From the human T2T-CHM13v2.0 reference genome, Homo sapiens: a stretch of DNA of 64,000 bases. This document shows positions 1 to 12,222 of this stretch, piece after piece (position 1 is the stretch's first letter; the number at the start of each line of letters is the position of its first letter). A program made the position numbers and the translations under genes. The stretch is taken from NCBI RefSeq assembly GCF_009914755.1, contig NC_060947.1. The stretch is one strand, 5' to 3'. A model generated the notes under the pieces. That model did not search any database and was not told where the DNA came from. It saw only the letters and a list, made by a program, of their open reading frames with translations.

Positions 1-135
1 GAAGTGATTAGCCAGGAGTGGGTTTTCTATAAGCTGTCAACAAAAGAATTTTCACATAAACCTCCTTTATGTATGTGTGTGTCTTATTTTTCACTGTTTT
101 GCATTCTGCCAAGTTCTTGCTATTATTTTCCACAG

Positions 136-174
136 CTTTTACTCCAGGGTTTTTTGCTGAAGATTATTTGGAAG
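136..174 (+). other. Candidate 39-nt microexon
   Basis: Pyrimidine tract with three TGC motifs ending ...ttttccacAG (134-135); 39 nt open in two frames (phase 1: xFTPGFFAEDYLE); weak donor AAG|gttaag. Confidence 0.35.
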
Positions 175-2031
175 GTTAAGCTGTATAGATTTGGTACTTT
201 TTGGTGTGGAAATTAGATCTGAATTAACATGAGGAACTACTTAGAGAGGAAGCCCCAAAGACTGCTTATTTGTGCCCAACCAGCCAGCTCCTGCAGAGCA
301 GGTCTTTACTATACTTCCACAGGAATTGTGTCAAGACTTGAAGATCCCACTGTCACATCTTACACTCAACATGAATAAAGAAAGCTGCTTCCAATTCCAG
401 ATTGCACAGTCTGATTCCACAATCACGAATATTTTCCCCATTAGTTGCTGCCAAGGTAAACTTCACTTAAAATTGGTTTATAGACTGACTTCAAGAAACA
501 TAATGTAATGATGCATGATGAGCCAAACAAATAGATAGCAGATATTCTCTTCACATACCACTAATACTTCTTGGTAAAAATTTGCAGTTTCAGGAAACTG
601 CAACTCCCCTCAACCAAGTCTTTTTCTTTGTTTCTCTGTCTGCAAATCAGAGAAAAACTAAATTTCTCATAGGAGTGCCACCAAAACAATAAGCCTGATT
701 GATATCAAGAATTCATCCAGAGTTTATCCTACCATGATAATGTGCTATGTGTTGTTCGAGAAGCTTAAAGTACAAAGATAACTACTTCCAGTTTAAAAAG
801 TCCTTCAACCATTTCATGAAATGAGATTCCCTGTTGACAGAACAGAACCATTATTGACACGCAAAGAGAGCCATCTATACATCTAAGTGGTGCATGAGTA
901 TGTATAAACCCTATAATATATATACTCATCAGATAGGCATGCTTACATCTCAGCAAAAATTGACAGTCATAGTCATTAAAATCAGCTTGGGAGGATTTTT
1001 TTCCTTACCTCTTAGTGAGATTTTCTGCTCTATTGGTGCAATGGAAACAATGCTTGTGCTCTCCAATTCAATCTCTTTTACCTACTCCATCACCACCACC
1101 AGAGACCACTCATTATCTGTAGCCTAAAACTATATGTTTCCCTTGGGGCCCAAGGTTCTTTGCCAAATTACTTTAAATGTTTACGTTTTTTTCCTAGTAT
1201 AAATAACTGATTACAACATTTGATAATGAGTATTAATGTTGAAATAATTTAAACAATGACATAGGATTCTACCCTACTCCCTTTCAAAAGGCAGTACCAC
1301 TATTTTGTTCTATCTGTACATTTTCTTTGGATGAGTCTGTGTCTGTGACAAAACCATCCTTCTTCTTTCTCCAATACAATTGCTAACACAACATTTATAT
1401 TTTTTTCTGGCTTTAGCATAGCTACTTACCTGTTATAGGATAGGATGAAGAAAACTTGGAGGACTGGGATCTGAAACAAACTCTACACCTGGATGAGAAA
1501 CACACATTTGGACCAACTCAGTCAATGGTGCTGTGAACACAATCCATCATCCAACGTATAGCATTCAAAGTGAATAATAGCTGTACTTTGTAACCTAGGC
1601 AAGCATGCCTGTAGGCAGCCATGTGCTTCAACTAATGGATGGATAACAGCTATAGGGTAGTGATACTCAAAGTCTGGGTAAGCAAGAGGCAGAGTGGAAG
1701 ATGTCCAATGGATAGTAGAGCTCTAGTCACCGTGCTAAGGTTCAGTAACAGGAATTAAGGCAGGAAGATAGAAATCAAAGCAAAGGCAAGACCCAGATAC
1801 AAGAGTATTAGGCAGACTACAAAGCCAAATGACTCAAGCACAAGAATATGAACTAAATCATATACTTTAAAAAAAATCAGTTACAATGGAGGAAGTTCAC
1901 CTGTAGTAGGGGTAAACTGACTAAGTCTCAGAGTGCTGAAAAACAGCTATTTGTACATGTTATCATCTGGATAGAATTTGTCCTAGAGAAACTGATAGAG
2001 ATGAATGTACAGGAAGGCTAATTTTTTAAGA

Positions 2032-2161
2032 CAGGGGTCAGAAAACTTTTCTGTAAACAGCCCAACAGCCAATATTTTAGACCTAAGGACAATGCAGTTA
2101 CAACTATTACACTCTGCCATCACAATGGGAAAGCAAGCATAGATGTAAACAAACAAACTTC
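2032..2161 (+). mobile_element. MER58A-like hAT-Charlie DNA transposon, left part
   Basis: caggggtcagaaaacttttctgtaaa... matches recalled MER58A start; interrupted by L1. Confidence 0.75.
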
Positions 2162-2917
2162 TATGACTTTTTTTTTAAATTTTAATTTAATTCTGGAATA
2201 CATGTGCATAACACGCAGATTTGTTACATAAGTATACATGTGCCATGGAGGTTTGCTGCACTTATCAACCCGTCATCTAGGTTTTAACCCCACATGCATT
2301 AGGTATTTGTCCTAATCCTCCCCTGGTCCCCCACTCCCAGACAGGCCCAGGTGTGTGTTGTTCCCCTCCTTGTGTCCATGTGTTCTCATTATTCAACTCC
2401 CTCTTATGAGTGAGAACATGCAGTGTTTGGTTTTCTGTTCCCATGTTAGTTCGCTGAGAATGATGGCTTCCAGCTTCATCTATGTCCCTGCAAAGGACAT
2501 GATCTCATTCCTTTTCATGCCTGCGTAGTATTCCGTGGTGTGTATGTGCCACATTTTTTTTTTATCCAGTTTACCATTGATGGGCATTTGGACTGGTCCA
2601 ATGTCTTTGATATTGTAAATACTACAGCAACAAACATGCATATTCATGAGTCTTTATAGTAGGATGATTTCTAATCCTGTGGGTATATACCCAGTAATGG
2701 GATTACTGGGTCAAACTGTATTTCTGGTTCTAGATCCTTGAGGAATCACCACACTGTCTTCCACAATGGTTGAACTAATTTACATTCCCACCAACAGTGT
2801 AAAAACATTCCTATTTCTCCACAGCCTCACCAGCATCTATTGTTTCTTAAATTTTTAATAATCACCATTCTGACTTGTGTGAGATGATATCTCATTGTGG
2901 TTTTGATTTGCATTTCT

Positions 2918-3679
2918 CTAATGGTCAGTGATAATGAGCTTTTTTTCATATGTTTCTTGATCACGTACATATCTTCTTTTGAGAAGTGTCTGCTCATATC
3001 CTTTGCCCACTTTTTGATGGGGTTGGTTGTTTTTTTTCTTGTAAATTTGTTTGAGTTCTTTGTAGATTCTGGGTATTAGACCTTTCTCAGATGGATAGAT
3101 TGCAAAAATTTTCTCCCATTCCATAGGCTGTCTGTTCACTCTGATGCTAGTTTCTTTTGCTGTGCAGAAGCTTTTTAGTTTAAGTAGATCCCATTTGTCA
3201 GTTTTGGCTTTTCTTGCAATTGTTTTTGGTGTTTTAGTCATGAAGTCTTTGCCCATGCCTATGTCCTGAATGGTATTGCCTAGTCTTTCTTCTAGGGTTT
3301 TATGGTTTGGGGTTTTACATTTTAAGCGTTTAATCAATCCTGAGTTAATTTTTGTATAAGGTGTAAGGAAGGGGCCCAGTTTCTGTTTTCTGCATTTGGC
3401 TAGCCAGTGTTCCCAGCACCGTTTATTAAATAGGGAATCCTTTACCCATTGCTTGTTTTTTGCAGGTTTGTTGAAGATCAGATGGTTGTAGATGTGTGGT
3501 GTTATTTCTGAGATCTCTGTTCTGCTCCATTGGACTATAGGTCTGTTTTGGTACCGGTACCATATTTTATTGGTTATTGCACCCTTGTAGTATAGTTTGA
3601 AGTCAGGTAGTGTGGTGCCTCCAGCTTTGTTCTTTTCGCTTAGGATTGTCTTGGCTATATGGGCCATTTTTTGTTCCAT
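2918..3679 (-). pseudogene. Decayed L1 ORF2 C-terminal fragment (253-aa ORF)
   Basis: [26 protein letters not shown] motifs, with frameshifts relative to ORF2. Confidence 0.9.
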
Positions 3680-5273
3680 ATGAAATTTAAAGTAGGTTTT
3701 CTAATTCTGTGAAGAATATTAATGGTACTTGGGCGGGAATAGCATTGAATATATAAATTACTTTGGGCAATATGGCCATTTTTACAATATTGATTCTTTC
3801 TATCCATTGATTCTTTCTATTCTTTTTTTCCATTTGTTTGTGTCCTCTTCTATTTCATTGAGCAGTGGTTTGTAGTTCTCCTTGAAGAGGTCCTTCGCAA
3901 CCCATGTGAGATGTATTTCTAGGTATTTTATTCTCTTTGTAGCAATTGCGAATAGACGTTCATTCATGATTTGGCTCTCTGCTTGTCTATTGTTGGTGTA
4001 TAGGAATGCTTGGGATTTTTGCACATTGATTTTGTATCCTGAGACTTTGCTGAAGTTGCTTATCAGCTTAAAGAGTTTTTGAGCTGAGTTTTCTAAATAT
4101 AGAATCATGTCATCTGCATACAGAGACAATTCACTTCCTTTCTTCCTATTTGAATACCGTTTATTTATTTCTTTATTTCTCTCTCCTGATTACCCAGACC
4201 AGAACGTCCAGTACTATGTTGAATAGGGGCAGTGAGAGAGGGCATTCTTGTCTTGTGCCATTTTTCTAAGGGAATGCTTCCCACTTTTGCCCATTCAGTA
4301 TGATACTGGCTCTGGGTTTGTCATCAATACCTAGTTTATGTTCCATCAATACCTAGTTTATTGAGAGTTTTTATCATAAAGGGATGTTGAATTTTATTGA
4401 AGACCTTTACTGCGTCTATTGAGATAATCATGTGATTTTTGTCATTCGTTCTGTTTATGTGATGGATTACGTTTATTAATTTGTATGTGTCGAACCAGCC
4501 TTGCATCCCAGGGATGAAGTCAATTAGATCATGGTGGATAACCTTTTTGATGTGCTGGTGGATTCAGTTTGCCTGTATTTTATTAAGGATTTTCATATTG
4601 ATGTTCATCAGGGATATTGGCCTGAAGTTTTCTTTTTTCATTGTGTCTCTGTCAGCTTTTAGTATCAGGACAATGCTGGCCTCATTAAATGAGTTAGGGA
4701 GGAGATCCTTCTTTTCAATTGTTTGGAATACTTTCAGAAGGAACGGTACCAGCTCCTCCTTGTACCTCTGGTAGAATTTGTCTGTGAATCCATCTGACCC
4801 TGGGCTTTCTTTTTTTTTTTTTTTTTTTTTTTTTTGGTTGTTAGGCTATTAATTACTGCCTCTATTTCAGAACTTGTTTGTCTATTCAGGGATTTGATTT
4901 CTTCCTGGTTTAGTAGTGGGAAGGTGTTTGTGTCCAGGAATTTATCCATTTCTTCTAGATTTTCTAGTTTATTTGCGTAGAGGTGTTTATAGTATTCTCT
5001 GATGTTAGTTTGTATTTATGTGGGGTCAGTGGTGATATCCCCTTTATTATTTTTTATTGTGTCTGTTTGATTCTTCTCTCTTTTCTTCTTTATTAGACTA
5101 GCTAGCAGTCTACCTATTTTGTTAATTTTTTCAAAAAACCAGCTGCTGGATTCATTGATTTTTTGGAAGCATTCTTTGTGCCTCTATCTCCTTCAGTTCT
5201 GCTATGATCTTAGTTATTTCGTGTCTTCTACTAGCTTTTGGATTTGTTTGCTCTTGCCTCTCTAGTTCTTTTA

Positions 5274-5602
5274 TTTTTATCTTTATTATTATACTTTAAG
5301 TTCTGAGATACATGTGCAGAACGTGCAGGTTTGTTACATATGTATACACACACCGTGGTGGTTTGCTGCACCCATCAACCCGTCATCTACATTAGGTATT
5401 TCTCTTAATGCTATACTTCCCCAAGCTCCCCATTCCCCAACAGGCCTCAGTGTGTGATGGTCCCCTCCCTGTGTCCATGTGTTCTCATTGTTCAATTCCC
5501 ACTTATGAGTGAGAACATGTGGTGTTTGGTTTTCTGTTCTTGTGTTAGTTTGCAGAGAACGATGGTTTCCAGCTTCTTCCGTGTCCCTGCAAAGGACATG
5601 AA
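5274..5602 (-). mobile_element. Short L1 3' end (L1PA7-like) nested in the L1PA8-like element
   Basis: Second L1 3'UTR with T-rich tail; perfect 14-bp TSD ctctagttctttta at 5260-5273 and 5603-5616. Confidence 0.93.
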
Positions 5603-5902
5603 CTCTAGTTCTTTTAATAGTGATGTTACAGTGTCGATTTGAGATCTTTCAAGCTCTCTGATGTGGCCATTTGGTGCTATAAATTTCCCTCTTAACACTG
5701 CTTTAGCTGTGTTGTCTCTTTGTTCTCATTGGTTTCAAAGAACTTCTTGATTTCCAGCTTAATTTCGTGATTTACCCAAGAGTCATTCAGGTGCAGGTCA
5801 TTCAATTTCCATGTAGTTGTGCAGTTTTGAGTGAATTTCTTAGTTCTGAGTTCTAATTTGATTGCACTGTGGTATGAGAGACTGTTATGACTTTTTTTTT
5901 TA

Positions 5903-5962
5903 ATGTTCAAAAAACAGGTAGTGGGTCTGATTTGGCCCACAGGCTATAGTTTTTAAACCCTC
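5903..5962 (+). mobile_element. MER58A-like element, right part
   Basis: aaaaacaggtagtgggtctgatttggcccacaggctatagttt matches recalled MER58A 3' end. Confidence 0.75.
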
Positions 5963-6936
5963 TTTTAGGGTGACATTTAATGATATCAGGCGAAAGGAGA
6001 AATAAGCTTAACAACAGTGGGGCAAAGGCCAGGCCAAATACTCTTTTCACTTTAAACAATGAATTGGGCTTAAGACCACAGTCAGCCTTTTCTTTTTTCA
6101 TTCCTTCCTAACTCTACCAAAGGACTACTCTCAAATACTCCTGTTGAGTCTTTGTAATTGAATAGGTCTGTTCATTTATGTAACTTAGAATAATATAATT
6201 AACTTAAAAAGATAATTATCTAAGAAAATAATTGAGCTAATAACCAAAAAGCACACTAGATTCCACTATTTTACCTATCTCTTTATATACCTGTGTTTCC
6301 TTTCTCTAGTTTCATGATTGCAATGTAACAAAATCCTTCTTCAAAGAAACTGCATAACCTTTGCCTGTAAATTCTTTACAACATAGCTATGGCCTAGTCC
6401 TTTCAGATGACTGTATAACTAGGAAAATGTTCTTACAGAAAATTAAGGCTACTTCTTATTTTGAAGCTTTAAGTAACGTAGGTCAGAAGATATAGGTCAG
6501 TAAAGGACACACAGAAACTGCAAATTCTCAGAGAGCCCTAAAATGTTTTCTGAATAATTTATTTGACTGAAATCATGTGGTGACCTATAGGCTGCAAAAT
6601 ATAAATCATATGATCCCACTATACTATCTCCTGGTTTGGCTTAAATGTGGAAAATCCTGACTAATATAGCACGCAATGATTTTTAAAAATACGGAATTTC
6701 CCAGAGGAAAATATAATAATAAGCTCTTTGGCTTGGACTAAATAATATTGAAAATATACATTTTCATGCTTTCCTAACATTATACAGATTGTGCAGCCAG
6801 TCAATCGATGTTATTCCATTATCTCAGTTGCATTTACTTCTTTGGAGTCAAGACCTTTGAATAAAGTAGTTATACAATAAAAAGAGTCCATCCCACGCTT
6901 TAAGTGATACTGGTGCTTATGGGAGAAAGCCATTGT

Positions 6937-7024
6937 GAGTTGACAGGTTTGTACCTAGTCTTTCAACCAAACAGCAACCACTGGGAGTTGACAGGTTTGT
7001 ACCTATTCTTTCAACCAAACTGCA
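6937..7024. repeat. Direct duplication, 40-bp unit, period 48
   Basis: gagttgacaggtttgtaccta(g/t)tctttcaaccaaac(a/t)gca at 6937 and 6985. Confidence 0.95.
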
Positions 7025-7615
7025 GGTATCATGTTCAATAAAGCTGCCAGCCTTTTCACTGAAAGTGTACTTATAGGCAGAAAAATAACTATTAAAATGA
7101 CTCCATATGGAGTCTTGGGGCTCCATGTTTATTCTCTTTCAGTGATTTCCAGATCAGATTTGCTCAGTTTATAAGTAAAAAGATTTTCTTCCTAGCTCTC
7201 GGTCCAGGAAATTCCCATTAGGATAAAAACATAGCTGTATTCACTCAACCTCTGACACTATCACTTGGAATGACATTTCTGCAAACTGAGTTTCAGACAA
7301 AATCATATTGAAGTATAAACCAAAAGCTGCATCAGTTTTACCAACTTCCCCGCCACTTGTAATACATTTGTTGCCTTCTATTATTATGGAAATACCCACC
7401 CTGTCCCTTTACCCCAAGTAAAAATAATATTTTAAATGACAGTGAAGAGCTCAAATTCTTAAATGTGATATCATATAGATCATTTATCCCATAACTCTTA
7501 ACACATGGTAGAATTCAGATTAGATTCTTACACATAATGTAACTATATTTCTAGGAAGTTCTTAGGCTATATAGCATACATTGAAGTAATCGCCACCAAA
7601 GATTCAGTTAATAGT

Positions 7616-8163
7616 TGTATTAGTCAGAGTTCTCTAAAGGGACAGAAGTAATAAGATATACGTATATATGAAGGGGAGTTTATTAAGGAGAATTGATTCA
7701 CACGATCACAAAGTGAAGTCCCATGATAGGCCATCTGCAAGCTGAGGAGCAAAGAAGACAGTCTGAGTCCCAAAACCTCAAAAGCAGGGGACCCGACATT
7801 GCAGCTTTCAGTCTGTGACTGAAGGCCAAGAGCCCCTGGCAAACTACTGGTATAGGCCCAAGAGTCCAAAAGCAGAAGAACTTGGAGTATGTTGTTCGAG
7901 GACAGGAAGTATCCAGCACAGGATAAAGATGAAGTCAAGAAGACTCAGCAAGTCTGCTCCTTCCAACTTATTCTGCCTGCTTTGTTCTAGCTGCACTGGC
8001 AGCTGATTAGATGGTGCCCACCCAGACTGAGGACAAGTCTGCCTCTCCCAGTCCACTGACTCAAATGTTAATCTCCTTTGGCACCACCCTTACAGATACA
8101 CCCAGGAATAATACTTTGCATCCTTCAATCCAATCAAGTTGACACTCAATATTAACCATCACA
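7616..8163 (-). mobile_element. Solo LTR MLT2A (HERV-L; length suggests MLT2A2)
   Basis: TG...CA ends; reverse complement begins tgtgatggttaatattgagtgtcaacttgattggattgaagg; 5-bp TSD atagt at 7611-7615 and 8164-8168. Confidence 0.9.
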
Positions 8164-8739
8164 ATAGTGTTATAGCTAAATGTCTGATTGAAACTTTTGA
8201 AAAGACCTATCCAAAATATGCTAGACCAGAATTATTAATGGCATTAAATACAGAATCCCTGCTTAGTGGTCCATATCTAAAAATTCAGCCTGATCCAACT
8301 TTACGTTCCTTCCACCATTATCCCATACTCTTAGTATCCATTCCCATGCCGGTTCTCCAGATTTCTGCTTATATAAATTAGAAAACTGAAACAGTTGTTT
8401 TGGAGTATAGCACACTTTCTCATGGGTCACTAACTAGTATACTCTCTCTGGTCCCTCTTTTATAGCCAGTATATTATGAAATTTGATGAGTTAAAAAGGA
8501 AAAAAAGTATATGTGATTCTTTCAAATTGTTGTTGATCTTAGAATTTTTGGGCTATTTTCACACATTTACAAATACTAGCAATAAATACTTTCCATAGAC
8601 TGTGATACTCACTCTGCATAACATTTTAAAACACTGGCTCAACCATTTTATATAAAAAGCCAACTGACAATCCTTTAAAAAATCTCAAAATAAGGACCAT
8701 ATGGCTGCATATGGCTGTACAGTTACTTAATATAACTGG

Positions 8740-9773
8740 TGTATTAATTTTCTATCATTGTGTAACAAATTACCACAAAATAGTAGCTTAAAACACCACT
8801 CATTTATTAGTTCATAATTCTGTAGAAGTCTGGCAAACTATGATTGGGTTCTCTGGGTAGAATTTCACAAGGCTAAAATCTAGGTATTTGGCTTGAGTTT
8901 TTATCTGGAGGTGCTGGGGGGAATTTTCATTCCAAGCTCATGAATGTTATTCACAGTATTCAGTTCCTTGTGGTTTTAGACTGTGGTCCCCAATTCTTTT
9001 TTTATATGTACTTTAAGTTCTGGGGTACATGTGCAGAATGTGCCCTTTTGTTACATAGGTATGCATGTGCCATGGTGCTTTGCTGCACCCATCAACCAGT
9101 CATCTACATTAGGTATTTCTCCTAATGTTATCCCTCCTCTAGCCCCCCACCCACCGACAGGCCCCGGTGTATGATGTTCCCCTCCCTACGTCCATGTGTT
9201 CTCATTGTTCAATTCCCACTTATGAGTGAGAACATGCGGTGTTTGCTTTTCTGTTCTTGTGATAGTTTGCTGAGAATGATGGTTTCCAGCTTAATCCATG
9301 TTCCTGCAAAGGACACAAACTCATCCTTTTTTATGACCGCATAGTATTCCATGGTGTATATGTGCCACATTTTCTTTATCCAGTCTAGTATTGATGGGAG
9401 GTCCCCATTTATTTACTGGCTGTCAGCTGAGTGTCACTCTCAACTACTAAAGGTCATTTACATTTTTTGCATCATGTCCCTTTCCATATTCAAGCTAGCA
9501 ATGACATGATAAGATGTTCTCATGTTTCAAACCACTGACATCTTTTATGACTAGCCAGAGAAAATGCTGCTTTAAAGGGTTTATGTGATTATGTCAGGAT
9601 CTCCCAGATAATTTCCCTATCTTAAGGTTGACTATGCCATATAACATAATCTAATCACAGAAGTAAGATTCACAATATTTACATCCCAGGTACAGTGCAG
9701 GATGCGTATATGGTGGGGGAGGAGGAGGTTAGTGGTAAATTGTGGGTGCCATTTTAGATTTCCATCTACCACA
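8740..9773 (-). mobile_element. MLT1 (MLT1E-like) MaLR LTR split by an L1
   Basis: tgtattaatttt...tgtaacaaattaccacaaa...gcttaaaac start and ...ccatctaccaca end; halves flank the L1 at 9000-9397. Confidence 0.7.
9000..9397 (-). mobile_element. L1 3' end (L1PA7-like) inserted in the MLT1 LTR
   Basis: L1 3'UTR; degenerate TSD gtggtccccaattcttt (8983-8999) and gaggtccccatttattt (9398-9414). Confidence 0.9.
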
Positions 9774-9919
9774 CTTAGGAAAATTGGACTTAGTATTATT
9801 AATTCATTTAATAAATAGTTTGTAATCCCCTACTATGTATAAGGTGCTGTTCTATTTGAGGAGTTATTACTTTCAACCAGAAATTAAGGTTTACCTTATT
9901 TTATAATTCTGTAACAATA

Positions 9920-10160
9920 TATGACAGTGTCTTAGAACACAACTTTGGTATGAAACAGACCAGAGTTGAATCTCACTTATATCATTACTGGCTACATAAT
10001 CTTGGATGCGTTATCTGAGCTTGTTTCTTTGTACAAAAAGTGAGAGTAATACCAGTATGTATTTCACAGGGTTGCTGTAAGAATTAAGTGAGATAATGGC
10101 TGCAAAGAATTTATTAATAGTACAATCTTAATATATCAATCACTGAATAAATGGTAGTAA
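9920..10160 (+). mobile_element. MIR SINE
   Basis: MIR core-like cagggttgctgtaagaattaagtgagataatg and aataaatggtag tail. Confidence 0.7.
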
Positions 10161-11899
10161 GAAGTGCTGTTACATGACTTTTGAAACACATATGACAATT
10201 TGGCTGTGGGGTATTTATATTTTTTTCTTTGCAAGATCAGGCAAAATATACTTTATATTCCCAGTTTTTTCTTTCACTGTAAACTCCACTGGAAGGTATG
10301 TTGATATTCATGTTTATGGCAATGCCTTCAGGCACCAGTTACTATAATATATATCAAAATTACAATTAGCTGAGGCCAATAATACTGACCCTTTATCTGA
10401 AAAGAATGGCAGCTCTGTAGTGCTTGGATTATCTCAGTTCAACATTTCTTTAGCTAAGTGGTCTCTGAAGGATCATTCTTCCTCTTATTATAATAGAAAT
10501 TAGAAAAATGCACACACACACACATGCACACACACGTGCTCACTATGCTCATCATAATTGTACCTCAATATCAAAGAAGGAATGATGAGAATCTAACCAC
10601 TGAATTTCACTAATACTGAAAACACCAGTCTCTCATTTTAGCTGATAGATTAGAAAACTTTTCAGTACGTTTTAAAAATGGCTACTTTCTACCACTAAGC
10701 ACGTAGTCTATGAGAAATCAAATTTACTAAAAGATAAGTTTAACAAAGTTCACATTTGACGAAGTACAGGGAAATGTACAAAAGGCAAGGCTTGGCAGAG
10801 CAATTTATGAGTTTTCACTAATGGAGAACTATTCTAAAATCAAAGTAATACTTATACTTGTTTACCGTCTTTATACAGATAGGCCAACAACCAACTGCCA
10901 CATCTTAAACTCTTGAAACAAATATTTTCCATATGGCCTTAGAGAAATAGAGTTGTTACATAAGTTAGGAAGGATGATCCTTTATATTTATCCTGAAATT
11001 TAATAACGCAGAATATTGATCATCTAATTTAAAAACTGACATTAAAAGAAGGATGGATCACATTATTGTTCTCATTTTCATCATAATTTTGCTTAAGGCT
11101 GAAGTTATAATGACGGAGTGTCTGCAGCTTACATTTGGTGGCATCAGGGCCTATTACAGTTTTAATTTGCTGATTGCATTTATTTACAACAGAGCTATTC
11201 CAATAAACATGTGCCAATGGTTTGTTACCAGGGAGATGGTTAGTTACCAGGGAGATTCAAAGTTGATAAAAGTCTATTGAAGATGATGCTCCAATACAAT
11301 GGCATTAAATACATTTATACATATCAATACTAATGTGCAATATTTGAAGTGTGAGTATTCTATTGATGATAGCCAGTCTCTACCCCAATATCCTCCAGAT
11401 ACTCATAGCCCACTTGGAGTCTTCAGATAGGCACTGAGGCGCATAGACAGTCAACTCCATATCTTAGTCATCAAATTAAAGATTTGGTGAATAACAACAG
11501 CACTGCAAGCTATTTCTTGAGATAACTCTATAGAATTTGAGGCAGTTCAAAGCAGTCCCTACCCAGTGGGTTAGCCAATCTAATTAAGCACCTAATTTTG
11601 AAAATCGAGCCCTCGATTTTATTGCATACTAAGCAGATGGCTTATTGCAAAATGGGGGTGGGAAGAGGTGGGAATGAAAACTTAAAAACTTAACAAAAGT
11701 TACTTGATAAGTCACTCTGACAGTAAAAACTAGCAGAAATCAGATAACAATATAAACTATGACTTAATGCTGACCTTTGAGAGTGGCCAGCACACTAAAA
11801 ATAAGTCATTTTAATTAAATACAGATGATTTAAGAGAAATCATATGCTTCTGGCCTAACATAGGTGGATTAGGAAAAGGGAATATTATTAGTCATTAGT

Positions 11900-12222
11900 A
11901 CTTTTCATTAATAATTTCTGGTTCTCCTTCTGGACAAATGGCAGAATTATACTTCCTGTCTCCTTGGAATTAGATGTGGCCTTGTGACTCATTTTGATCA
12001 GTGAAATGGTGACCTGTGGCATTTTCAGATGGAAGCTTTAAGAGCCAGTGTGAGACTTACTGACTTCTTTCCTTTTCTTTGCTACAGTGACTGGCAATGT
12101 TTGGGATTGCAGAGGCTCCAGTAGCCTGGGAAGGTGAGAAATAAACTTTGATACTTTAAGCCACCAAAACATTGGGATTCTTTGTTTCCAAAATATCCTC
12201 CTGGCCTATCCTGATTGCTACA
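11900..12222 (+). mobile_element. Old MLT1-type LTR fragment
   Basis: gagaaataaactttg...ttaagccacc...cctatcctgattgctaca, typical MaLR 3' end. Confidence 0.55.

Larger units (their letters stand above)
2177..5885 (-). mobile_element. 5'-truncated L1 (L1PA8-like), ORF2 from the end of the EN domain to the 3'UTR
   Basis: ORF2 peptides ([28 protein letters not shown]...[15 protein letters not shown]); 3'UTR; TSD tatgac(t)9 at 2162-2176 and 5886-5900. Confidence 0.95.

Noticed and set aside
1424-1481. Possible 41-nt minus-strand exon (tttcag...caggtaagt)
   Set aside because: Short pyrimidine tract, not frame-preserving, no other support
6937-7024. Repeat-spacer-repeat resembling a CRISPR array
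   Set aside because: Only two copies, 8-bp spacer, eukaryotic context, no cas genes
11224-11256. 14-bp duplication gttaccagggagat (similar ones at 32346-32375, 37961-37987, 40050-40081)
   Set aside because: Ordinary slippage duplications with no shared motif
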